From assembly GCA_016649895.1 (NCBI GenBank), contig JAENWR010000005.1, positions 1 through 64,000 of the forward strand: a stretch of 64,000 nucleotides of DNA, in the 5' to 3' direction. Within the stretch, counting starts at the first letter, position 1. Each line of letters starts with the position of its first letter. The position numbers and the translations under genes are program-made. Below are positions 7,478-16,467 of the stretch, piece after piece. The notes below the pieces were generated by a model. The model did not search any database. It saw nothing but the letters and a program-made list of their open reading frames with translations, and was not told where the DNA came from. The DNA is from Acidimicrobiia bacterium. GTDB lineage: Bacteria; Actinomycetota; Acidimicrobiia; Acidimicrobiales; SKKL01.

Positions 7478-8695
7478 TCACCGTTCAGCGCCCGGAATCG
7501 GGGGCGTGACCCTAACGTGACCTGACGGATCGACCGGCGTACCGTCGCCCAGCTCCTGCACTACAAGGGGCAGGAGGTTCAAGAGGACGTCCTCACGAGC
7601 AGCGAAGCCTCCGTCTCGCTCGACGATCAGGTCGAGCCCCACAAGTTCGTTGAGGTCTCGGGTGAGGGTCTTCGGCCCACAGGCGGCGTAGGCGGCGGCG
7701 AGATCCGGCGTGAGCCGAGGGAGATCCTTCTTGGCGACGACGCCGCGACCCAGGAGGGTGTTGGCGATCAGGCTTCGCCGTTGGCGCATCTCCACGTCGC
7801 GGCCGGTCACCTGTTCGGCGACGTGCTCGCGCCAGGTGAGCCGGACCTGGCGGTCGTAGACGAACTGGAGCTGGCCGGTCAGTCCGGACACGAACCCTTC
7901 AGCGCAGTACTCCAGGAACCGGCTGACATCGCCTCCAGACTCACTGGCGTAGCGGAGTTGGCGGTAGTAGTCGTCGCGGGTGTCGTTGCAGTGGTTGGAG
8001 ATGAGGTGGGCGGCCGATGTCGGCACACCCGAGGTCACGAGTACGAGGTACTCGCAGAGACGAGCGGTGCGGCCGTTGCCGTCGCCGAACGGATGGATCC
8101 ACGCGAGGTAGAGGTGCGCCATCGAGGCGCGGATGACCGCGGTCGGCAGGCGCATGTGCCGCTCGCCGGCGAAGCCCGAGCCGTTCAGCCAGTCACACAT
8201 CCGCGCGAGGAGGGCTTCGCACTCAGCAGCGTCCGGCGCGCGGTAGGGCCCGACGACCACGGGATCGGTTCGAAGCTGTCCCGGCATCACATGGACGTCG
8301 AGGTCCTCCAGACCCTCGAGGACCATCCGGTTGAAGTCGGCGATCAGCTCCGGAGTGAGCACTGGGGAGTGCCCGTCTCTGATCTCCCCGAGCACCCAGT
8401 TGTACGCGGTGATGACGTTCTCCACTTCTCGCACCTGATACTCGGGAGAGGCGGAGACGGTGCGGCGCTCGACGATCGCCCGCACTGTGTCCTCAGAGAG
8501 GGTGTTGCCCTCGATCGCCGTGGTCGCGTGCGCTCCCTTGGCGAGGCTCACGATGTGCAGCTGGTCGGCGTACGTCTTCGGCAGGGGTACGCGAGCGAGG
8601 TGGCTGCACTTTGATCTCGCCTCGCCCAGGAGCATCCAGAACGACGCGCTCATCCGCTTGAGGTCGACGTCGAACGTGATCCAGGGATGCTCCAC
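7478..8695 (-). CDS. Fic/Doc-family protein with N-terminal inhibitory motif (class II-like)
   Basis: Fic motif HPFGDGNGRTARL. An upstream TTAIEGN fits the inhibitory [ST]xxxE[GN] helix. C-terminal wHTH-like extension. Confidence 0.8.
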   Translation of the reverse strand: MEHPWITFDVDLKRMSASFWMLLGEARSKCSHLARVPLPKTYADQLHIVSLAKGAHATTAIEGNTLSEDTVRAIVERRTVSASPEYQVREVENVITAYNWVLGEIRDGHSPVLTPELIADFNRMVLEGLEDLDVHVMPGQLRTDPVVVGPYRAPDAAECEALLARMCDWLNGSGFAGERHMRLPTAVIRASMAHLYLAWIHPFGDGNGRTARLCEYLVLVTSGVPTSAAHLISNHCNDTRDDYYRQLRYASESGGDVSRFLEYCAEGFVSGLTGQLQFVYDRQVRLTWREHVAEQVTGRDVEMRQRRSLIANTLLGRGVVAKKDLPRLTPDLAAAYAACGPKTLTRDLNELVGLDLIVERDGGFAAREDVLLNLLPLVVQELGDGTPVDPSGHVRVTPPIPGAER

Positions 8696-8914
8696 GTCGG
8701 GATCCTAACTTGTCCGTGATTCTGTCCACGTTGCTAGGCCCTCTGAACAGCGTGAATACGAACTACAGATATATGACTTGTCCATCTACTCGTCCGAGGA
8801 TGTGTCCCCAGACTTGTCTCGGGTTGAGTCCAGGAGCTGGTCGAGGGCCTCGACCTGGTCCTCGTTGGCCCAAGGGTGGTTCGCCCACCATGCGTTGACG
8901 GCGTCAGGTGCAAT

Positions 8915-9071
8915 CACAGTACGTCGGGCTCCACGGTTGCATTGACGATCACGCTCCATCGTTCGCCGAGGTCGCCTCGACGTGACCCCCTCGGTGCGAG
9001 CAGCGTCGGCTGACCATGGTCTGGCTGCGCCGCATCGTGTAGTTCGCCGAGATCGAGGTCGGGCCGGCGGC
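8915..9071 (-). pseudogene. AbiEi-family antitoxin, C-terminal remnant
   Basis: Translation ...DLDLGELHDAAQPDHGQPTLLAPRGSRRGDLGERWSVIVNATVEPDVL* aligns residue-for-residue with the C-terminus of AbiEi 3053..3898 (…DLDLAALRELAQPDQGRPSLL…DERWGVIVNATVEADEL*). An in-frame TAG lies ~52 codons upstream, and no start codon is present. Confidence 0.5.
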
Positions 9072-9113
9072 CCGGCGTGGTGCGCTACTCGACGAGTAGA
9101 GCCAATCCTCGAT

Positions 9114-9650
9114 TCAGCGCATCGCCTCTTCGACGAGTGCCTTCAGCTCGTGGTCGGGGCTGACATGGCGCTTGTACAGCGGGCTCATCGGAGTCCTCGC
9201 CAGCCGCACCGAGAGGGTGACCAGATCTGCGTCGGCGCCGCGCTTCTCGCGGTGGACGTTGGCGAGGAAGGTCAGCTCGGTCATGACGCCCAGGAGGCTG
9301 CGACTGATCGTCTTGGCGTAGTGGCCGACGCCCATCGAGCGGATCTCGTCGTCGACGAACCTCGGATCGACGCCGTGCGCGCCGAGCACCTGTCGCAGCT
9401 CGTCGGGAAACCGTCGAGCCAGCGTGGCGGCTGGCGCCAAGGGCACGAACACCGGGAGCAGCGTGCACTCGTTCACGAGTAGCGCCACCTGGGGCTTCCA
9501 GAACACCGCGGTGGCGTACCAGTTGCCGAGCGCCGTAGTCGGCTCGACGGGCTCGGCCACCGGTTGCTTCACCCGGTCGAGGAGCTTCTTCGTTGCGTGG
9601 AGGGTGAAGCCGGGATGCGCGCCCACGGATAGAGCCTCCCACGGTGTCAA
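9114..9650 (-). CDS. Hypothetical protein (possibly the decayed N-terminal part of the AbiEi-like gene)
   Basis: 178-aa ORF. Weak LG..Y.A.A resemblance to the AbiEi middle region. Its frame differs from the remnant at 8915..9071. Confidence 0.3.
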   Translation of the reverse strand: MTPWEALSVGAHPGFTLHATKKLLDRVKQPVAEPVEPTTALGNWYATAVFWKPQVALLVNECTLLPVFVPLAPAATLARRFPDELRQVLGAHGVDPRFVDDEIRSMGVGHYAKTISRSLLGVMTELTFLANVHREKRGADADLVTLSVRLARTPMSPLYKRHVSPDHELKALVEEAMR

Positions 9651-10005
9651 CCGGTCAGGTCGAGGCCGAGCTGCAGGAGGTCGCTGTCGCCTTCTCCAAC
9701 ACGAGGGCAGCGAGACGCCGTCGTCACCCTGGAGAGGCCAGGAGATCTACGACCACATCGAGGCCAACCTGCACTACGAGGTCTTCCTGTTCCTGGGAAA
9801 GCTCGAGCCGGCCATGCACGTGCTGCGCAAGCAGGCGCTGGCGCCCTGACGGCCGGCTCCACCGGAATCGAGGCCGCGCAGCTTCGAATCGGCGACGACC
9901 TGTACCGGCTCGACGGCACGTGGGCCGACCCTTCGGCCATCGCCGAACACGCCCGACGGCTCCGCGCCGCCTGGCCCGCCTGACGGCCGCGAGGGGTCTG
10001 GCAAC

Positions 10006-10497
10006 ATGGGTGGCCAGCACCACTGCGGGCGCAGGAGGTCAACACGGGTGGTCGATGTCGACGCCACCACCGGCCGGAGGGTCGCCGGAGCTCTCGCGTC
10101 GCGCCTCGTCATCTACGGACTGCCGTTGCTCCTCGTCGTGGTCGCAGCCCTCGATCTGAACGTGTGGCCGGCCACGGGATGGCGCCTGTTCTCGGGCGTG
10201 CGCCAAGAGACCCAGGTGACGTGGATCGTCGACGCGGTCGACGAGTCCGGCGGTGTGCGCCGCTACGACCCCGCCACCGCCGGGCCCCGCCGATCGACGT
10301 GGCGGCACTCGCTCGATCATTCGGTCGACGATCCCGCCCACCAGGAGTCCCTCTGCCACGACTGGCTCTCAGAGGCACGAGCCTCGTCCCCGTCCATCCG
10401 CCAGCTCCGGGTGCGACGAGCCGTGGTGACGGTGCCACGCGACGAGGCGGGGCGGGCGCAGGTGGACTGGGAGCGGGTGGTGGTGACGTGCTCGTGA
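10006..10497 (+). CDS. Hypothetical membrane-anchored protein
   Basis: Hydrophobic segment LVIYGLPLLLVVVAALDL followed by a ~110-aa soluble region. Stop overlaps the HTTM gene start (ATGA). Confidence 0.4.
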   Translation: MGGQHHCGRRRSTRVVDVDATTGRRVAGALASRLVIYGLPLLLVVVAALDLNVWPATGWRLFSGVRQETQVTWIVDAVDESGGVRRYDPATAGPRRSTWRHSLDHSVDDPAHQESLCHDWLSEARASSPSIRQLRVRRAVVTVPRDEAGRAQVDWERVVVTCS

Positions 10498-11369
10498 TGC
10501 GGTGGATCGACCGACGCCTCTTCGCACCGACGCCGCGGGCGCACACCGAGCTGCTCCAGTTGGCCCTCGCGCTGGTCATGGGGACGCGCCTTGCCACCTC
10601 GCGCTACTGGGAGCTCAGCGACATGCCGAGCGTTCTCTTCGCACCGCCGTGGTTCCTGTCGGGGCTGTCTGAGCCCCCGTCGGCCGCGGTGCTGGCCGCC
10701 GTCCAGGCCGTGGGCCTCGCGGGTGGGCTGTTCGTGCTGATCAGCCGGGGCCGCTCACGTCCCGCGTTCGTCGTCACCTGGTGCGCCCTGGTGGTCCTGG
10801 CCGGGGTGCAGACCAGCGGCGGCAAGATCCTCCACAACGATGTCCTGCTCCTCCTGGCCGCCGCACCCTTCCTCCTCCCCTGCCGGTCGGTGCGCACGAG
10901 CGGCGACGGGCCGGCGCGGGTCGAGGGGTGGCAGCGCCGAACGGCCATGGTCCTGGTGGCACTCGGCTACATGTGCTCCGGCCTCATGAAGCTGCGGCAC
11001 TCCGGCCTCGAATGGGTCTTCGGCGAGAACCTCCGCTGGGTCCTGTACGCCGGCGCCAACCGCGAGGGCAGCATCCTGCCGACGATCGCTCGGGCCATCG
11101 CCGGGCAGCTCTGGCTCACCGTCGTGATCGCTGGGGCCACGATCGCCACCGAGGTGCTGTTCCCACTGGCGCTCGTGTGGCGCCGAGCTCGCGTCCTGCT
11201 CGCCGCGGGGGCCGTCGCCCTGCACGTAGCGGTGTTCCTGCTACTCGGCCTGGACTACTGGACCTGGGTCGCGTCGGTGGTGATCCTCTTCGTGCTCGAC
11301 CCTTCGCGCGTCTACTCGGGGCGCTCCCAGCGCACCACGTCGGTGATGGCTCCGGTGTCGACCTCGTAG
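10497..11369 (+). CDS. HTTM-domain integral membrane protein
   Basis: Multiple TM helices. The pattern resembles the HTTM (gamma-carboxylase-like) membrane domain. Confidence 0.5.
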   Translation: MRWIDRRLFAPTPRAHTELLQLALALVMGTRLATSRYWELSDMPSVLFAPPWFLSGLSEPPSAAVLAAVQAVGLAGGLFVLISRGRSRPAFVVTWCALVVLAGVQTSGGKILHNDVLLLLAAAPFLLPCRSVRTSGDGPARVEGWQRRTAMVLVALGYMCSGLMKLRHSGLEWVFGENLRWVLYAGANREGSILPTIARAIAGQLWLTVVIAGATIATEVLFPLALVWRRARVLLAAGAVALHVAVFLLLGLDYWTWVASVVILFVLDPSRVYSGRSQRTTSVMAPVSTS

Positions 11370-11800
11370 ACGAAGCCGGCGATCACCTTCAGGGGGTGCA
11401 GGTACGGCGTGTTGGTGAGGACCTCGATGTCCTCGTGGAGCGCGGCGGAGTGATCGTCGAAGCCCAGGAAGCCGAGGTCGGCGCCGGTGAGGTCGTGCAG
11501 CTCGAGGTCGGTGACCCCGAGGAGGCCGCACTTGGTGTGCTGCATGACCACGACGGTGTCGACACCCAGCACGTGGCACGACAAGGCGAGGCTGCGCTGC
11601 ACGTCGAGCGTGACCCGGCCACCCGCGTTGCGGATGACGTGGGCGTCGCCCAGGTGCAACCCGAGCACGGCGAAGGTGTCGATGCGCGCGTCCATGCAGG
11701 TGACGATGGCGAGGTGGCGGCCAGGGTGGGCACCGGCGACCGCGGCACGTGCCGCGGCGTAGTTCCGGTTGGCGGCGAGGAGCTCTGCGATCTGTGTCAT
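11312..11800 (-). CDS. Beta-class carbonic anhydrase
   Basis: CMDARID and HTKCG zinc-ligand motifs. Confidence 0.8.
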   Translation of the reverse strand: MTQIAELLAANRNYAAARAAVAGAHPGRHLAIVTCMDARIDTFAVLGLHLGDAHVIRNAGGRVTLDVQRSLALSCHVLGVDTVVVMQHTKCGLLGVTDLELHDLTGADLGFLGFDDHSAALHEDIEVLTNTPYLHPLKVIAGFVYEVDTGAITDVVRWERPE

Positions 11801-11831
11801 GTCGCTTCGACTTCTAGGCGGCCAGCGGCGG

Positions 11832-12245
11832 TCACCGCAAACCCCGCTCGCGCAGGTCGCCGACCGACATCGCGATCTGCCCACCCGAGGTCACGACGTC
11901 CTCCACCACGAGGAGCTGACGGCCGTCGATGTCGGCCCCTTCGGCCAACCGTTCGGTGCCGTAGCGCTTGGCCTCCTTGCGGACGAACACGGCGGGGATT
12001 CCGGTGTGGAGCGACAGGGCGGTGGCGATCGGCACCCCACCCAGCTCGAGGCCCGCCAGCAGCTCGGTGCCGGCAGGGACGAGCGGTCCGAGGGCTGCCG
12101 CCACCCGGGAAAGCAGCCCCGGGTCGGACTCGAAGCGGTACTTGTCGAAGTACTCGGTGGCGACCGCCCCCGACCGGAGGGTGAACCGGCCCGAGATGCG
12201 GGCGCTGCCGTCGATCGCGAACGCAAGTGTGGAATCACTGGTCAT
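11832..12245 (-). CDS. Phosphoribosyltransferase (orotate PRTase-like)
   Basis: PRPP-binding motif LLVVEDVVTSGGQ. Confidence 0.55.
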   Translation of the reverse strand: MTSDSTLAFAIDGSARISGRFTLRSGAVATEYFDKYRFESDPGLLSRVAAALGPLVPAGTELLAGLELGGVPIATALSLHTGIPAVFVRKEAKRYGTERLAEGADIDGRQLLVVEDVVTSGGQIAMSVGDLRERGLR

Positions 12246-12817
12246 GGGGCCGAGTCTGACGGATCCGACCCAGGCGCGTCGGCCGGTTCCGGCCAGGTCT
12301 CCATGTCGTCGAGAGCACGCTCCACATCAGCCACGGTGTCGGCTGGGTTGGGGCGGGTCCCCACCACCACCACATCCACCTCATCGTCGGCGGGCGGCTC
12401 CAGAGTGGCCAGTTGATCGTCGAGCAGCGATGCCGGCATGAACTCGTGCGCACGGTCGGTGACCCGGCCGAGCAGGACCCCGGCGGACACGTCGAGCAAC
12501 ACGAACCGCACTGGCCCCGCCGTGCGCAGGCGCTCTCGATAGCGCCGCCGCAACGCCGAGCATGCGATGACGGCCGGGTCGCCGCTGCGACAGTGATCGG
12601 CGATGACCCGGGCGATCGCATCGAGCCACGGCTCTCGGGCGTCGTCGTCGAGCGGGAGGCCGGCCCTCATCCGCGCCACGTTCTCCGGCGGGTGGAGTAG
12701 GTCGCCCTCGACGAACTCCGCACGCCGTCGTCGGGCCAGGGCCCGGCCGATCGTCGACTTGCCGGCACCCGACACCCCCATGACCACGACCACGCCGAGG
12801 GCTCGATCCGGATCCAT
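12242..12817 (-). CDS. gntK: Gluconokinase
   Basis: P-loop GVSGAGKSTIG followed by FVEGDLLHP, typical of GntK. Confidence 0.7.
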   Translation of the reverse strand: MDPDRALGVVVVMGVSGAGKSTIGRALARRRRAEFVEGDLLHPPENVARMRAGLPLDDDAREPWLDAIARVIADHCRSGDPAVIACSALRRRYRERLRTAGPVRFVLLDVSAGVLLGRVTDRAHEFMPASLLDDQLATLEPPADDEVDVVVVGTRPNPADTVADVERALDDMETWPEPADAPGSDPSDSAP

Positions 12818-12916
12818 GACGACGATGGTCGCGTCGGCGCGTCACGGGCGCCACCCGCGTGCGCGAACCGCGAGAAGTTCACAACGGAGAGTGGTCGTCG
12901 GCGCGGCTAACATCCG

Positions 12917-14695
12917 GTGTCGACGCAGCGCCGGAGGCCGCCCCACCTCCTTGGTCGCCGCGGGGGAGTTGCGATGCTCGATCCGTACGAGACGACGACC
13001 GACCCGGTCCTCGCGCGGGCGGCGGAGCACCTCCGACTCGCTCTCGACGCCGGGGAGCTGGGCACGTGGCGCTGGGTCATGGCCACCAAGACCGTCGAGT
13101 GGGACGAGCGCCTCGAGGCCTTGTTCGGCATGGCTCCCGACGAGTTCGACGGCCAGTTCGACACCTGGATCGCGCGCATCCATCCCGACGACCGCGCCGC
13201 GGTGGCCGACGGCGTTCAACAGTCGGTCGCGACCGCGCAGCCCTACACCGTCCACCACCGGGTGCTCCTGCCCGACGGGTCGATCCGCTGGATCGAGGGC
13301 AGGGGCCAACCCACCTTCGACGAGGCCGGCGAGGTCGACGGCACCATCGGGTGTGCGCACGACGTCACCGACCGCATGCGCACCGATGCGGTGCAGCACG
13401 ACCAGATCGCCCGCATGGCCGAACTGGCCGAGATCGAGCGGCTGCATCGTGAGCGACTCGAGTTCCTCCTCCAGATCAACGACGCCCTCGCCTCCACCAC
13501 CGACCGTCGCCAGATCATGCGACGGGTCACCGCCGCCGCCGTCCCGCGCCTCGGCGAGTGGTGCATCATCCACGTCGTCATCGAGCCAGGCACCGTCCCG
13601 GAGGTGGAGGCGGCGCACACCGATCCCGAGATGCTCAGCACCGCCCGCCGTCTCGCCAAGGGCCTTGCGTACGATCCCGACGCTCGGGTGGGTGCCGCTG
13701 CCGTCATCCGCACGGGCCAGCGTCAGTTCTACCCATCGATCGCCGTCGACCAGATCCCCGGGGTCAACGACCTGGCGCGCGAGCTGCTCGCCCGGGTGGG
13801 GTTGCACAGCACCATCATCGTGCCGCTCATCAGACACGGGCGCACGTACGGAGCGATGACGTTCGCCCGCACCGGGAACAGCCGCTCGTACACCCACGAT
13901 GACCTCGCCCTCGCCGACGCGGTGGGCGGCCGCATCGCGGCGGCGCTCGAGAACGCGCGGCTCATCGAGCAGCAGACCCAGATCGCCCGCGTCCTCCAGG
14001 CGAGCCTGCTGCCGGCCGAACTACCCGACCTCCCCGGCTTCGAGGTGGCGGTGCGCTACACGGCGAGTGGCGAGGGCAGCGAGGTAGGCGGCGACTTCTA
14101 CGACATCTTCGGCCTGGCCGGCCACTCGTGGGGCATCGCCATCGGCGACGTGTGCGGCAAGGGTCCCGAGGCCGCGGCGCTCACCGGGCTGGCGCGCCAC
14201 ACCATTCGGGCATCCGCCTGGCGTGGCGACCAACCCGACGCCGTGCTGACCCGCCTGAACGAGGCGGTGCACCGTTCCGACAGCGGCTCGTTCTGCACCG
14301 CGCTGTTCGGCGTGCTCATCCCCGCTCAGCGGACCTTCACCGCCGCGGCCGGGGGCCACCCGCTGCCCATCCTCGTGCACCCCGACGGCCGAGCCGAGGC
14401 GGTCCTCCAACCCGGCATGCTGCTCGGCGCCTTCCCCGTGCAGCGATCGACCGTGCACAGCATCGAGCTGCCCCCGGGTGCGATGCTCGTCCTCTACACC
14501 GACGGCGTCACCGACGTGCCCCCGCCGAACGAGCTGAGCCCGGCCGACTTCCTCGAGATCGTGCAGCGCTGCGCCCGCGAAGCCGACAACGCAGAGCACA
14601 TGGTGACCCTGCTCGACGGCACCCTCGACGCCCTGCGCCCCGCGGTGAACCGCACCGACGACATCGCGCTGATGGTGCTCCGCTCGGTCGACTGA
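12917..14695 (+). CDS. PAS/GAF-domain PP2C-family (SpoIIE/RsbU-like) serine phosphatase
   Basis: N-terminal PAS-like region, a GAF-like middle, and a C-terminal PP2C region (GGDFYD...GDVCGKG...LYTDG). Alternative start at 12974. Confidence 0.75.
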   Translation: MSTQRRRPPHLLGRRGGVAMLDPYETTTDPVLARAAEHLRLALDAGELGTWRWVMATKTVEWDERLEALFGMAPDEFDGQFDTWIARIHPDDRAAVADGVQQSVATAQPYTVHHRVLLPDGSIRWIEGRGQPTFDEAGEVDGTIGCAHDVTDRMRTDAVQHDQIARMAELAEIERLHRERLEFLLQINDALASTTDRRQIMRRVTAAAVPRLGEWCIIHVVIEPGTVPEVEAAHTDPEMLSTARRLAKGLAYDPDARVGAAAVIRTGQRQFYPSIAVDQIPGVNDLARELLARVGLHSTIIVPLIRHGRTYGAMTFARTGNSRSYTHDDLALADAVGGRIAAALENARLIEQQTQIARVLQASLLPAELPDLPGFEVAVRYTASGEGSEVGGDFYDIFGLAGHSWGIAIGDVCGKGPEAAALTGLARHTIRASAWRGDQPDAVLTRLNEAVHRSDSGSFCTALFGVLIPAQRTFTAAAGGHPLPILVHPDGRAEAVLQPGMLLGAFPVQRSTVHSIELPPGAMLVLYTDGVTDVPPPNELSPADFLEIVQRCAREADNAEHMVTLLDGTLDALRPAVNRTDDIALMVLRSVD

Positions 14696-15052
14696 CTATC
14701 GAGCCGACACCGGGGTGGTCGCCGTGGCCGACCCACCTGGTCCGGTCACCTCGAGCGTGTCGACGAGAGCCGTGCTCTCGCGCAGCGGCCGGCGCACCAC
14801 GGCTGAGCCACTCGGGCCGGTGAGGGTCGCGATGGTGGCGTCGTTCGACGACCACACGAAGCGTGACCTGGCGCTGGCGCGGACACGTGCCGGTGCCCCC
14901 GATCACGGCGCGGAGCCCGGCGATGGTGGGCGAGTCGGGAACGGTGACCGGGGGTGAGGTCGAGGTCGGCGTGGACGGTTCGGGCGGCACCGTCGGGTCG
15001 GTAGGCCGAGTCAGGTGGCACATCACCCGGGCATCGCCGAAGGGTTGAGTTC

Positions 15053-15709
15053 TCAGCAGGCGAGCTCGAACGAGACAACGACTTGATCGCCGGTGTCGTC
15101 GTTGATCAGCTCGACGCCGGTGCCTGTCACGTTGCCGCCATCGCGGTCGACGAGGTCGGACTCGTTCATGCCGGCGAGCGGGAGGTAGCTGAGCGTGGTC
15201 GAGTTGATGTCGAGGGGGTCGCCGAGGGTGATCGACACGGAGTCGCCGACGATGACGGCACCTTCCTCCTCTGCGAACCGGGTGACATCGAGCATGATGG
15301 CCTCGCCGTCGGCGTCGGTGCCCACTCCTTGAGCGGTGTACTCCATCGTCATCCCGCCGGCCACCTGCTCCTCGAGGTAGCAGCGGGTCTCCAGCTCGAT
15401 GGTCTCGTCGGCGAGCGTCAGGGAGCCGGCGCCGCCAGTCGTGAGACCCGCGATGTCGGTGTCGCCGACCACTTCGCCGCCCTCAGAACCAGTGGCGTCG
15501 TCGGTGTTGGCGTCGTCGGTCTTCTCGTCATCGGTGTTCCCGTCGTCGGTCTTCTCGTCGTCGGTGTTCTCAGCGACGCCAGCATCAGCGTTCGCCGGAG
15601 CGTCGTCAGCCGATTCGGAATCGTCTCCGCAGGCCGCCACCCCCATCACCAGCGCGAGTGCGAACAGGACCTTCAGGAACTTGGAGGGCACGCCCATACC
15701 TTCGATCAT
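15053..15709 (-). CDS. Lipoprotein with acidic tandem repeats
   Basis: Signal peptide plus lipobox (LVMGVAAC). Repeats NTDDEKTDDG/NTDDEKTDDA. Confidence 0.55.
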   Translation of the reverse strand: MIEGMGVPSKFLKVLFALALVMGVAACGDDSESADDAPANADAGVAENTDDEKTDDGNTDDEKTDDANTDDATGSEGGEVVGDTDIAGLTTGGAGSLTLADETIELETRCYLEEQVAGGMTMEYTAQGVGTDADGEAIMLDVTRFAEEEGAVIVGDSVSITLGDPLDINSTTLSYLPLAGMNESDLVDRDGGNVTGTGVELINDDTGDQVVVSFELAC

Positions 15710-15872
15710 CGTCGTGTGTAGTCGTTCGACGGTACGCAGACGTGTGCGAACGAGGTCAAGGCGCGCGGTGACCCGGCAACATGTAGCCCCGATCCAGAAC
15801 CCCAGGCCGCGAAATCGCCCAACCCGCTACCCTCGACGCGATGGGCGGGGTACGAGACCATCGGGCGACCAC

Positions 15873-16436
15873 ATGACCGGTGTCTACCTGTTCGCGCTCT
15901 CGGCCGGGCTACCACTCGTGCTCTGGACCCTCTTCGGCGGGGGTGACGACGGCGGCGACGGCGAGGGGGGTGACGGGGCCGACGGCGGCTCCGATGGCAT
16001 CGGTGCGCTGATGATGCGGCTCCTGCCGCTCAGCACCATCGCCCTGGCCTCCTCCGCGTTCGGCCTGACCGGCGTGGCGCTCTCCTGGGTCGGCACCGCC
16101 GCCGCCCTGACCCTCCTGCTCGCCGTGTGCACCGCGGTCGTCGCGGGTGCCCTCAACACGGCGCTGTTCTCCTTCATCCGGCGATCCAGCTCCTCCACCT
16201 CGGTGTCCGAGCTCCAGCTCGCGGGTGCCACCGGGCGGGTCACGCTCCCCATCGGTCCCGACCGGCGCGGTCGCGTCGCCATCAGCGCCGCCGGACAGGA
16301 GATGTACCTCTCCGCCCAGACGATGCCGACCACCACCGGAGCCGTCGACGAGCTCGAGGTCGGCGCCCCCGTCCTGGTGGTCGAGGTGCGCGACGGTATC
16401 GCCCGAGTCGTCCGCCTCGACCCCGAACTGACCTGA
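15873..16436 (+). CDS. NfeD-family membrane protein
   Basis: Two to three N-terminal TM helices then a short beta-rich C-terminal domain. Immediately upstream of the SPFH/flotillin gene. Confidence 0.6.
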   Translation: MTGVYLFALSAGLPLVLWTLFGGGDDGGDGEGGDGADGGSDGIGALMMRLLPLSTIALASSAFGLTGVALSWVGTAAALTLLLAVCTAVVAGALNTALFSFIRRSSSSTSVSELQLAGATGRVTLPIGPDRRGRVAISAAGQEMYLSAQTMPTTTGAVDELEVGAPVLVVEVRDGIARVVRLDPELT

Positions 16437-16467
16437 TGCACACCCCACACACAGGAGCACCCGAACC

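Noticed and set aside
10781-12184. Very long ORFs (e.g. 10781..12184, 12603..13859, the 5' part of 25820..28180, 41918..42985, 25216..26313) with Arg/Gly/Pro/Ala-rich translations
   Set aside because: They run antisense to or out of frame with well-supported genes. Their low-complexity composition is typical of spurious ORFs in ~70% GC DNA, and they have no motifs.
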